A DNA stretch of 64,000 nucleotides from Tubiluchus corallicola (lineage: Eukaryota > Animalia > Priapulida): assembly GCA_030141605.1 (NCBI GenBank), contig JAQGDQ010000026.1:434001-498000 (forward strand). Reading direction: 5' to 3'. The notes beneath the pieces are model-generated. The model did not search any database. It worked only from the letters and a program-made list of their open reading frames with translations, and was not told where the DNA came from. The position numbers were made by a program, and so were the translations under genes. Positions within the stretch are counted from its first letter, which is position 1. Each line of letters starts with the position of its first letter. Below are positions 52,096-64,000 of the stretch, piece by piece.

Positions 52096-55000
52096 CTAAG
52101 ATGACGGTGGCATAATCACAGTACGTAGCGCATCCTCAGGTACTATTTCTAATCTCACGACAGCACCATCGTTGAACATAAATGATAAACCTCCATCAAC
52201 AACTAATGAAGCATCAAAACATCTTGACCTAATCAACATTGTCTTTGCAAACCCCCTCGGCTCCCAAGTGGGGAAAACAGCTACCAAAGAAAGAAGAGAT
52301 CAAAAAACAAAATAAAATAGAATTTCACCAACCAATGTCAGTAAAATAGTAAGAATCGTCAAATCATGCAAACATAATTAACAAGTCACAAACAGTGACT
52401 TCACAATAATTACAAAAGTGCTCAATGTCTCTTTTAAGAAATTTTCCAACCATTTTGTGCAGAAGCTTTTTTATATCATTCCTCAAATCTAAGTCAAGAA
52501 TTTTTGCATAACAAGTCCCAATAGTCTTAATTTTTCTACACCTAATTCTTATTTATGAAATCAATCACGTTAATGTTTTACTCATCTCACAATACTTACA
52601 ATTGATTATGGGATCTCGAACAGTAAAGGCCATTTTCAACTCAGATGAATCGAAATTTAGCTTATCATTATAGCGCTGACAAATTCTGCTGACTAGACGC
52701 TGATTGTTCACATCGATGTAACAATTACTTTCTGCATTAGCTGTAAGAAAATAAATTTAGTAAAAATTCAAACAACACTGATTGTTAGCATTAGCAATTC
52801 AATAGGTCCTAGCCTGAATCACTGACACACAAAAGTACAAGTTTATCGTGAGCCACTTTATATGAGTGTACCATTCATATAAGTTTTAACATCCATAGAC
52901 ACTTTATGAGTGTACCATTCATATAAGTTTTAACATTGAGTGCGTCAGTCACACACGTCATTTGGACGTGTTTACAATGGTACAAGCACCTAACAAGTTT
53001 TATTTTTGGTTCTTTCCATTTATTATATGCATGCTGTCATATCAAAATTAAATCATTATTATTAACTGTATATTTTCACATTGTTTCTATATATTGTATT
53101 TGCACTTGCAAATAAATAAATTAATTGCATTGCAAAAGTTGCACCACTTACAATAATCAAATAATGACAAAATAATTACAATAATAACAGAATAAAATAC
53201 TTTGTTTCACCTTCATTTTAGCTTTGATAAGCTTCATAGTAATTGTAGCTGTTAAGATGTCTAAGTTTACCTTATACGGAATGTATGAGCAATATTATAC
53301 ATTCATGTAAATTTCAAACTTCCACTTAAAGGCAAAACCTGGTGTTAATGTCCTTTCTATTAAATTATTTCATGTGTGAATGTAAGATTTCTGACTTCTA
53401 GGACAATTTATTTTGTCAATGTAACAAAGAATAGACGGATAGATGGTAGCTCAGTCAAATGCGACAAATCAAATTGACTAATTAAAACTACTTCATAAAG
53501 TTAAGGCATCATCATCAGCAGCTTCTGAAAGCCAAAAAATTTAAACCTTATACGTTTTCATAGATAGAAGAATCACTAACGAAAAAAATTCAGCTATTGT
53601 TGTGTTTAAAAGTTAAAAGATAAAAATTCATTTCAGTATCCCTCGCATCAGTCATTACAATTTGTAATATTAATATAACTAAAGTTTATCTCATTTTTTT
53701 TAATATTTAACTTTTGTATTATAAATAAAATAATTGATCGGCATTAGATTACAAGCATACCTATATTGAGAATTTCCACAGCACTCTGTTCTTGTAACCT
53801 ATTGATATTAAAATGCCATGATGTTGACCCAGTGCCTGTGGAAACAGTAACACCCGAACTTTTCTGCTTGACGCAAGGACTGCCATCTTTACTAATCTCA
53901 TAATAAGACACCCTGTCAAAAACAATCACACAGTCTTAAAATTCTGAAACAAACTTGAATAAGATCAGAAAAAAAGTTTTGGTGATCAGACTGCTGAAAT
54001 GAAAAATTTTAATAAAATGACTTGGGATGCCAAAATTGAGCAAAACTTTCTATACATTACTAAGTATGCCAAATAAGAATAAAATTTAGACTTTAGATTC
54101 CAAATGATCTACTCAATATAGTATGCTCACAATGCAATTAACACAGAATTTTATAGATATTGTAATGCAACTTCTAAAAGTATTGTTTTTTTGCACATGA
54201 AAATAATCCAACAATGTAGCAATCACTTTTAGACACAGGCTAATTATATTGAGATTAAATTCTTTGAATTTCTACCATGTCTTTTCAACAAGGAATTTAA
54301 CACATTTAGTTAAGTTGTCTGCCAAAAAAGAAAAGTCAAGGCAAATAAGATTAAAGTCACCACTCAGTTCCATTTATAACGCACAAGAAAAGGCGCTTAT
54401 GAAGTACCTAGAAGACAATGTCTCTCCAATAAACACTTCATTCAGAGCTCGTACAGGCAGAATTGTTGTCACTTCAGGTTCATCATTTTCATCCGCTTGT
54501 CTTCTTGATCTAATGTGTTCCACAAGATGCTCAACAAATCTCAGTTCAGGCAAGTTAAGTTGCTGCTCTTGGAATTCCATGCCCTCTGCATCTGATCTTC
54601 TACAGGTAAGAGTCACTCGAATTCGCTGCCGCCATTTCCATCTAATTAATATACCACATAAAAAATTTACAAAGAGCAATAACGATAATAACAAAAAATG
54701 AAAAAATATAGAACAATAAAAATTAATAACAGACAGGCAATTCATACTACATGTTGCTATTTACTTACCAAACTTGTCATAAGGCTAGATTTTGAAAAGT
54801 TGTAACTTGTTTTCTTCAGCAGCATCTTTCAACTGCTGCTTGTTATTGGATTGGATGACATCGTTTACAACATACTAGCAAGCCTTAGTGTTAAAACAGA
54901 AGATCAGTGAATTTTAAAATTCTTTTTATATCACATTCAAATTATATTAGCCAAAAGCATTTTTACCATTACTAACATTACAAGTAAAATAATGCAATTC

Positions 55001-58000
55001 ACATTTACTAAGCTAACAACTTCGCACTGCATGTTTAATAATATTTTCTAAAAACAGGGGAAAAATATTAAAGCGGTTGCTTCAATTTCTTAACAAGTTC
55101 CCCGAGTGAGAGTTTGACTTTTTAAAGGAAAACAGAATGATTTTTCATATCCTCCCCCTCTTCAAAGTACAGTAAAAGTACACATTTTACCACCTACAGT
55201 AATACAAAAATGTTTCCATTAATTAAATGATAGGTTAGAAACTTCATTAATGGCCAGCAAGCCCAGTGATAACGTTATAACTGAACATATTTTTCAACAG
55301 CACAAACATTGTAAGAGCATGCTGCACTTGTCTGTGACGTACAACATTCAGGGTAATACTAGTGAGGACAAAAACTAAGCAAATTTTAAGGTTAAAAGTT
55401 TAACTTTCAAGTTTACAGCTGTGTTTGTGCACAAGCTCTCGAACGAGTGCACTGCATAATAGTTGAACACATTTGAACTGGGAGGCCTGTTTATCTGGCA
55501 TCATGCAGGTGCTAGAACACATCTAACTATCGAATGGAGATATGTATGTATCTCCGAATAACTACCTGTACGAATGCGAAATTAGGTTTAAGCAGTAAAT
55601 ATTCTTCCACGCAAGTTATTCTTAAAAAAATAATATGCTCCTTTCAATATTTTATATATTAGGTTGTTTTCAGCTACAGTTTAAAAGTGGGTAAGATTTT
55701 CCTTTAGGATTTTACACGACGTGTTGTCGCCCTTTTAGTGCATGGGCAGTGAGTGATGACAAGGCAGCACCTTAACAAGGGTGTAGTACAAGGCTCATTA
55801 AGCACAAAATGACACTGTTTTGCGAGAGTGTCACATGGCTTGCTTGAGGTAAGTAGCAACATAGCAAATATAGAATTTCAATGAACTAGATTTTATAGAC
55901 AGACATACTTTACACTAAACAGCTAAAACAACACTCAGTACAGTGCAGCCAGCAAGATTATGATGTAATTTTTTTGCAACATTCAATGGTGACGAAATAC
56001 AAACTTTAATTTCGTTAATTGACAACATAGTTAATGAACAAAAACTGATTTTCTTTCACAGTCCTTAATCGATCATTACCAAAATCGAAAACGTTCTTTG
56101 TCCTATGTCCCACCATTCACAAAGTTTCGCTGAAATTGGTTTAGTAGTTTTTTGCGTAATCGTGTTAGCAAACAAACAACTACGATGAAAACACAACTTC
56201 ACTGGCAGAAGTAAATATATAAGTTTAACAAGAAGCCAACCTGAACTTTCCATTTAACAGGTGCTCCAATGCTTGTTTGAAATTAAATGAAAGTGCTTTC
56301 GATAAGCACAGTCTTCCCTCGGACCTGCAACATAAGATCATGCATATAACACTATAATCATACTAGTCATCATTTGGACCAAGCGACTCATGAAGAGTAA
56401 TTAATAAGGAATTACACAGCAAGAGTTAAATCCCCACCTGAAGTTTTGCTGCACTTTATTTTATCTGGTTATGCCATCAAAGAATAACTCAAAGTTATAA
56501 AAATATCATACAAAAGATTAAACTTCTATGGTAAGAATTAGATATGAATCTTTAAACTCATTGGCCAAGAAAAGAATACTCAAATTAAGAACAGAAAACA
56601 TGATACCGAGCAGGATCTGATATGATCCCAATAACCGGTTTGTTTTTATCAAGTACTTGACTAGCTCCAAGAAGAAATGTTCCATCACCGCCAGTAGTAA
56701 ATATAACATCTGCCCAGTCAACAAGCTCTTTGTTATAATCAGACCTAGTAACCACTTTCGTATCAATGCCTTTGTCACTAAAACGAAAAAAAAAACATTT
56801 AAAAAATTTCAGACCAGCTTCATTTAAAAATATTCATTAAATATAATTTCGCGGTATGTCAAATGAAAACACGTTAGAGAAAATGAAACTATGAATTTAA
56901 GAAATACAAGAAAAACTTTAGATTATGCTTAAACTAAGTTAAACAAGAAATAGGAATTATTATACCTTGAATAACGTACAAATCTTCCACCTACCGTAAA
57001 CAATTGACAACATTTTCGACAGACTTTTTGTGGTTGTCATGCTTCAATAGCAGGCTCTTGTAGTTTGAACCTTTATGTGCCAACTGTAAAAATACAGCAA
57101 TTAGGTAAACATTGATGTCGCTTACCAAATAATTACTCCACAGCTAAAGTCTTGCTCTCTAAAAAGCTCCTTTCTTGTGAACACGAAGAGTTGTGTGGGA
57201 TCTGATTATTAATTATGGCATAACATGGCAAGCATGCAAATCTGATGTAACCAAAACTAATGCAGCTTATTTACACGTCTAAATCTTTGCAAAAATCTAT
57301 TATACTTACATATGATGACTATTCCAGAATAAAATATAATAGACCCTACAGTTTCAAACCAATGTAAGACAAAGTTGAAGTAAGAATGGCCTTCGAAACC
57401 ACAAGCCTGACAAGCCACATACAAAGAAATGTCTGATAAGTAGCTGCATTATATACTGCAACTGCAACATAATTACATTATAGATTTGTGTTAGTACTGG
57501 GCAAATTACTGGGTTATTAGACTTGAGTTTCAGCTTCTGATGAGTAGACTTGTGGGAGTCCACTAACTGAGTTTCAAAGTTATTGCACTATTATCACTAA
57601 TTGTCTGTCATTATCTTACGAACAAAGAGATTCATCCCGACCTACCAAGTCTTGATACTCACACATTTTAGTCCATGTCACTCTCATAAATCCATTAATC
57701 TCTGGCACCTTAAATTGGACAATAAAGCTTTTCTTTTTTCTCACTAATAATTATAATTTTTTAAAAAGCACATCAGTGAAACTTTTTTATACATAGAAAT
57801 ATAAATCACTTAATTGTCACTTGAGATTTTTGTTCATTGCAGTTAACTTTCTCACTTTCCTTGAAAAATGGGCAAGCTAAAATTGTCATATGAAATCAGA
57901 TGCTGCTAGACATAAGTATTACTCAATGTTGTTTAATAAAGATAGGGACAAAGATTATACCAATTTGTAAAGTAACAGGATGCTTTGCCCTGTATATCCA

Positions 58001-60002
58001 TTGCATGTGCTTGCCATAATGACTACCATGAGTTCCTATGGATAAGTATGTAGTGAGATTGTTCATATATCAAAACATTTAGCGGCATTTATACAGTAGA
58101 GGATTCATCGTCACTTTCACAAAGAGATTTCCAATCATGTGCCTACAGTGCTAATGAGAATTTTATATTGCAGTATTCTCTTGGTTACATTTTATTTTAC
58201 TTACGATTTTAATATTGTGTGTTCAGTGTTCTAACAGCACAGTTAGTTAATTGTACAGAAAACAAAAAGACAACATTAAGCCTCATTATTACACACTTGC
58301 ACAAAAAATAAAGAGAAAATAAATGCTACAGTCAATGGCCCCAATGGACTATGCTTACAACTAAAATCTTAAGCCATGAGATGTTATGTAAACTTCAATT
58401 CTAGTAAGTTTTTACAATTATCCAACATCTTTAAGAAAGAACAAAATATTACTGCTACCATTACCACTGAAAAACATATTTTAAGCATAAAAGCTCTAAA
58501 ATCCCTCCACACTAGCTTGTGTACTTTACTGACATAAAATTATGTGGGAATACTGCATTCAATATTCACCTTTGTAGATCTATGATATGCTAAAAGTAGT
58601 GTAAATTTTTACTAAACTAACTATAATTTATAACTACTGTTTTCCTTACTTCCATTTAAGTTGAAATCCTTGTAGTTGAGCTAATTCTGTTATTTCTAAT
58701 AAGTTTTTCCATTATGTGTAAATTAAATTCACTAATAATCTCAACTGATGCTACTCAAGTTGATACTGCATTTCATTTATTTAGATACTAGATAAATTAA
58801 ATACTAATGAGTGATTCGCACAATAATGAGTGAATCCGGTTATTACAATGCCTCATTTATATATATATATATACAGATAATTTGCGTCACACTGTACAAA
58901 TTCTTCAGTAAGCATTGCAGCTCAAATGTATGTTATGGGGGTAAGGTATGCCTTTTGTATATCTTTAATATTATGTAATCATCAATGCTAATCCTAAAGA
59001 ATTTTAAGATACTTTTGCTTTCAACTCTTTTCTTCATGACTAAGCATACATGTTTATCCACTTTTGCTAGCTACAAGCAGAAAATGAATTTTTTTCCTCC
59101 TTTAGCTCTAGGTCCTCATAATATTAATTTTAAATATGTAAAGGTTAAATTATTATTTAAAGATAGTCACGTGTGTCTCTTCTTTCCTATTATTGAATGA
59201 ACATTATTTTATTATAAACTAACACATTCGTATAATAATTCAATTTTCATTCATTTTAAGTAAGTTTATCACAATTTTTAAAATAGCAAAATACATAACT
59301 AAGAGATTTATAAATCTATACAACATACAATAATAATTACAAAGTGCAAAAGTAATTATTGATTAGTGGTGAAAGGGTGGCGAAAGAACTATAAGTTATC
59401 GAGGTCAGCCACCCTCTCAGGATTGTTACTAACATAATTAATTAGTTAATGCGCATGTACCAGGTAATTAAAAATTATCAGATTTTGCATTTAAGACGAC
59501 TGAAAATTGAATTATTATATGAATGTGTTAGTTATAATAAAATAATGTTCAATAATGGGAAAGAAGAGAAGAAGATTGTATGTTTTCAATAGTCCTTATT
59601 GCGAATTTCTTAAATATTTTACAGTTCATAAGTCCGGTCTGCCAGAGGCCTTGACTTTTCTTTTAATGACAATGATAGATAGTGGCCAAAAAGGCCTAAA
59701 ACAATAAATTATTAATATTATTATTAATATTATCTATAAAGACGTGTACGATATACTAGAAGTTGACTGTACACGATAATTCAATACAACACAGGCCTAC
59801 TTACACGCTGTGCAAGCTTGTCTTCACTCAAGTTCGGATAATGTTTCTTCTCATATTCATACCGGGTTAATTTCGTCAAAAGAATTGCTTTGGACGCGTT
59901 AAAATTAGAAGGCATACCATTTTTACCTACATGTGCTGAAATTTCACGAAAGAAAAAAGCTATTGCACTAGGTACATTTTTAGTACAGGTGACTGGAAGC
60001 AT
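52096..60002 (-). CDS. NADK2: NAD kinase 2, mitochondrial type (417 aa from the first in-frame ATG)
   Basis: Exons 60002-59805, 57083-56995, 56777-56607, 56324-56241, 54641-54408, 53912-53761, 52740-52600 and 52280-52096, all GT-AG and in phase. Motifs KLTRYEYEK, GSNY, WADVIFTTGGDGTFLLGA, RSEG.LCL, WRQRIRV, LPVRALNEVFIGE.LSSRVSYYEIS, KQKSSG...TGTGSTSW, RGF, RSRCFDA..VVDGG.SF.FNDGA and EDALRTV are NADK2-specific. The true start is uncertain (see findings). Confidence 0.95.
52855..52937. repeat. Tandem duplication of a roughly 37-bp hairpin-forming sequence in NADK2 intron 6
   Basis: CACTTTA(TA)TGAGTGTACCATTCATATAAGTTTTAACAT occurs twice. Confidence 0.85.
56075..56215 (+). mobile_element. Helentron/HINE-like (Helitron-derived) terminal fragment in NADK2 intron 4
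   Basis: AAAGTTTCGCTGAAATTGGTTTAGTAGTTTTTTGCGTAATCGTGTTAGCAAACAAACAA...GAAAACACAACTTCACTGGCAGAAGTAA resembles, from recall, a widespread non-autonomous end (AAAC repeat, then AAAACATAACCTCCTTGGCGGAGGTAA hairpin). Not database-checked. Confidence 0.55.
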
Positions 60003-60072
60003 AGCATCAGTCGCGGATTTACACTTAGCCAAATACTTGGTGCAATTCAGCTCTAGAAAGCAAGAAGACTGC

Positions 60073-60102
60073 TTAAAAATATACTTTCATGGAAGCCGCC
60101 AT
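60073..60102 (-). promoter_or_regulatory. 9-codon upstream ORF (MAASMKVYF*) overlapping a YY1-like motif in the NADK2 leader
   Basis: Minus strand AAAAT ATG GCG GCT TCC ATG AAA GTA TAT TTT TAA. AATATGGCGGC matches the AANATGGCGGC YY1 consensus. Confidence 0.6.
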
Positions 60103-60829
60103 ATTTTGCCACTCGTGTAGAATTAGTCCGTAATTACAAAATTCGGCATTAAGTGTGTAATTGTAATAATTTCTGTGCAGTGTATTACTTTTCCAAAAAT
60201 TGCTATTCATGGGAAAAAATGTTTTTTCATTTCTCGTATACAGCAAAGTACTGGAAATGAAATTTAAACTGTTTTAAAATTGCAACAAGTGCATATTCGA
60301 CGAAGCAAACCAACGGTTTTATCAGCAGTAGTGTACAGTTAATTATGTGGCAATATGAGAAATGACGGAAATTGTGTTTTGAGAACAAACATGTGTTTTA
60401 TATTCTGCCAAAATATATAAGTATAATGCTTCCAGTTACAAAAAATGACAGATACTATAGCCGTAGGTGGGCCGTGAGAGACAAAATTTCTGGTTGGCTA
60501 AGGTGGGTAGGCTTTCTCATTTATTCTTACTCTGTTATCATGCTTTGTATTGTAATTTTAAAAGTTACTGTTTAATCATTAAATTTTGCGATTTAAATTT
60601 TAGAGCTTTTCAGTTGACTTTTTGTGACAACTCAGTCACCGGTAAGTCTGCAAGAGCACTTCTTTTGCGTTGTGCAGGACAAATTTTAAAACAGTAAGAC
60701 AGTAGTTAATGTAGCATAATTTTTTTACGATCAATTCAATTCAATTTAGCCAGACCCAGATTAGAGCTTACATACCACTTGTACTAGTGTAGGTATTAAG
60801 CATTGCTTCTCAGCTCAACGCAAGCAAGC

Positions 60830-61640
60830 ATTTAGTTTAAACGTAGTTTTATTGTGATAACAAAATTACAATAAGGTTAGAACAAAACGGTTAAATTGAT
60901 AAACATTCTCACCAGTGGAACATAATTTTGTAAAAGACTGCAAACGATGAACTACGAACAATAGTAGCATTACAATATGACTATTAGCACTGTAGATACT
61001 TAGTAGAAAATATAAATTTCTGTGCTGGCTTACATGCTTGAATATTGAAGGTGCTGCATGTCATGAAGAAGCAGATGAACAAGTTCATTTATTGACAAAT
61101 TTTAAATTCTAACATTAATAAAGCAGTAACAAAGTACAGAGTTTGTTTAATAAGATATCTTCAGCCTAGTGATATAAAGGACAGCTGGTTAATGAATGGC
61201 TAATAGTTTCAAAAGTAGCACCGCATCTACAAGCAGGTGAAACAGGAGTAGTGTCATAACTTTTACATCCTCAACTCGGGCTAAAGTTGTGTTGAGAAAA
61301 CCCATTCCGCATTTGTGCATGAAGGACTTATGGTCAACATGGGAGTAATATTTGGTGCATCTGCTGAAATCCTGCTTTTCTAAATGTAATGAAAAAATGA
61401 AAAATGTTTTCTAAATGAAAAAGACACACTCAAATCACAAATTTGAAGAGGAAGAACATTTCAAGAATCTGCAGCAGAAACAAAAATAAATAGGCAAATG
61501 AAGGCGAGTGATAATTAAGGCTTTTAAACTTATCGCCATTGCGTACTGGATACGGCATCACATCTCTTACTCTTGGTGGTATTATATCACACAAATATTG
61601 AGGAGCTAACTGATTAGGCCTGATTAATAATTTTATACAG
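60830..61640 (-). mobile_element. CR1-group LINE 3' fragment with C-terminal zinc knuckle
   Basis: LAPQYLCDIIPPRVRDVMPYPVRN, then VLHAQMRNGFSQHN and SPACRCGATFETISHSLTSCPLY (C-x-C...H....C knuckle), ending in AATAAAACTACGTTTAAACTAAA. Confidence 0.8.
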
Positions 61641-61778
61641 AAAACATAAACGAAAGCATTTAAACTGCATCCTTGGATATTTATCAAAAGCCAAGAGTAT
61701 ATTATCATGATCCAGATCCATTGCACCGGTACAGTTTCTAGCTACAGTTAATTGGACATTTTCAAGGCGAACCAGAGA

Positions 61779-61845
61779 CAGGGCCGGTTTAAAGCCTATT
61801 TAACAGATTTCTTCAAATTGGGCCCATGCGACGAGGGGCCCACAC
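61779..61845. mobile_element. Isolated hAT-like left end
   Basis: CAGGGCCGGTTTAA followed by GGGCCC motifs, like the left end at 24243. The partner end was not found. Confidence 0.4.
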
Positions 61846-62989
61846 ACATGCTTTAACTGAGGACTCAATGAATGAATGAATGGGCATCCAGTGTGCACAA
61901 AGTTTCTTGATACTGTGAATGCAGTGAAACTATTCAGTCTAACATCGTATATCTATGTTTCAATGTTTTTAGAAGGTACATGCACAAAAAACAGTATGTC
62001 AGTAACTATCTTGACTTGTAATAAAACATTAATATTTCATACAGGTTTTCAGTTTCTATTACATATCAGTGTGACTAATGTGGAGCCTCAAACCCTCATA
62101 GCTTTTGGCTGGGACTCGCAAACTACACGAAGCAAGTGGTGGCTCGTAGCTAAAATTAATTGAGTGCTGATTCTGGAAATTGCATTCAGAAACGTTACAT
62201 CACCTTCAAACTGCAAACACAGGAAGCAAAACAATGCATTTTTACTTCACAATTGCAACGCCGACTTTTTTGTTGATAAATTCAGAATACACAGATCGCA
62301 AAACGTCAGTCAACCAGCGGGTGTCCATCTTGTGACAGCCAATTTGCTCCCTTTGTCTTCCCTTTTCCTTCACCTCAGTTGTGCAACAAAGATGTTGCAG
62401 CTGTCAAACATAGGTAGAAAATGCATTGAAATATACTGCAAGAGTTAAGCTCGTGTGTATTATTATTACTGTTATTATTATTATTATTATTATTACTGTT
62501 GTTGTCGTCGTCGTTGTTACTTTCTCCGGCCATACAAGATTTTTGCAACTAAAGTTTGTTTAGCAGTAGTACAAAGACATTATAGTAGTATGGAAAAATT
62601 AGAAACAAACAGATTTATCAGTTTCTCCAAACCAAAAAACTCGAACAAATCTGCCGCTGAAAAAGTCTCTCCCAGCTAAGTAGATAACATGAGCTGAGCT
62701 TTCAAATTAACAAAAATGCTGTCTGTTCCAAGGTAATTAGTTTCCCATTTTTTAGTTAAAAATTTTATACTGTTACAAGAGATTACTATTGCATTAATGT
62801 TTGTTAAGGTTGAACATACAGTATTTGGCAGACCTCTTAATTGTTATCCACAATTTATCTAGGGTAATTAACTTATGTTGTTTCAATCCTTATTGCTTAT
62901 ATAAGTTTTTTAGTTAGACTGATAATTTGTAATGTCTAGTATGACCTTAGTCGTATGATCATTTTAAAGGTTTTTTAAAAAATATTTTC

Positions 62990-63310
62990 ACGTTACCAAA
63001 CTTTCCTTGTGCCATAATCTGTACCAGATTTTCCTAGTACCAATTAAACTTTTCCAGTACTAAACTTTCCTAGCACCAAACCTGTTCCATACCATTTTTA
63101 CCTTGTACCAGATTTACTTGTACCAAAAATGTTTGACAAAACTTTGCCAGTACTGTATTGAAATTTACCAGTACTGCATTTTCCTTGCACCCAATTTTCC
63201 CAGTGCTAAAATTTCGCTGTGCTAAAAATTCCTGGCAGCAAATTTTCCCTTCATCAAAATTTCCTCGTACCAAAAGTACTAGGACCAAATTTACGTGTAC
63301 TAAATTTTTT
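62990..63310. repeat. Degenerate roughly 15-bp periodic array (TACCAAA.TTTCC.G)
   Basis: Recurrent units such as TACCAAACTTTCCTTG, TACCAGATTTTCCTAG, TACTAAACTTTCCTAG and TGCTAAAATTTCGCTG. Confidence 0.75.
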
Positions 63311-64000
63311 CGTGTTTTTCACTTTGTCTACATGCTGTAAGCTGTATGTTACGTCATCAAGTTGGGCGGGGCTAAACGCGGCTTGCGATCTGTGTATTAA
63401 AGCCGCGAATACACTTTTTGTTGTTGTTATTCCTCTTTTCCAGCCCCAGCTACCCATTACAACTCACCACGCCAAGGTGTACCTTTTTAGTCGATCAGAT
63501 CTGCCTCCCCATTTTCTCACCCAGTCCCTGTAGGAAGTAGATCTATCTATAGGAGGGTAGTGCCTTCATGAGACTTCTTCTTTACATTAAGAATCACAAA
63601 TTGAATCTCTCTTCTAAGTCTCAAAAACAGATTTTTTTGTTTACTTGGGGGGGGGGGGCTTTCAATCTAACCAACTTCCTCATCTGAATTGACTATTGTA
63701 AAGTAAAAACTTGTGTTGGTATCCTGAGAGTCTATTATTATTTTAGATTTTTTTTAATTTCAGGCTGATTTTCTCTGACAAAACCTCACGTAATTTGTTT
63801 TTGTTTTTATGTCTCAACTTGTCATTTGCCTTCGTTGAACTATGGTATGGAATATTTACCAACAGGTATGTTCTAAAATTAGTTTTTCTCTTTAAAGCAT
63901 AAACACGATGTTCCTGTTTTAATTGGGACACTGGTTTTTAAGTAAAAAATAACATGCACTTTTTTTAATATAAGAACAATACTATCAAAAGATAGCTTGT

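Noticed and set aside
53448-53520. Box C/D snoRNA candidate on the minus strand (ATGATGA...CTGA) in NADK2 intron 6
   Set aside because: The terminal stem is only about 2 bp, box C lies in a TGA triplet repeat, and no rRNA complement was recognised. A snoscan or Infernal run would settle it.
56601-56606. U12-type intron at GTAT-starting donors (also 13372 and 12594)
   Set aside because: The donors read GTATCA, GTATAC and GTATAA, not the U12 consensus GTATCCTT.

Overview
AT-rich, intron-containing animal genomic DNA, most likely from a protostome invertebrate (inferred from the TAX1BP3 sequence type). Four spliced protein-coding genes were reconstructed by hand from GT-AG boundaries and reading-frame phase. 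(1) A TAX1BP3/TIP-1 single-PDZ gene (+, last three coding exons 3781-5358; first exon not found). (2) A GLIS1/3-type five-zinc-finger transcription factor (-, 20876-11646, 8 coding exons, about 850 aa). (3) DPH5 diphthine methyl ester synthase (+, 40080-44924, 8 exons, 297 aa). (4) Mitochondrial-type NAD kinase NADK2 (-, 60002-52096, 8 exons, 417 aa). Between and inside them are a decayed CR1/L2-group LINE carrying a nested hAT-type MITE and probably a second LINE fragment, other LINE 3' ends, hAT, Tc1/mariner and Harbinger-like non-autonomous elements, a 63-bp tandem array and many microsatellites. The most unusual signal is at the NADK2 5' end. A MAASM-type start runs 9 codons into TTT-TAA, and a +1 slip there would join it to the NADK2 frame. 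This could be a programmed +1 frameshift, a regulatory uORF or a one-base homopolymer error. No CRISPR array, rRNA or tRNA was seen, and no clearly new multi-gene system is supported.
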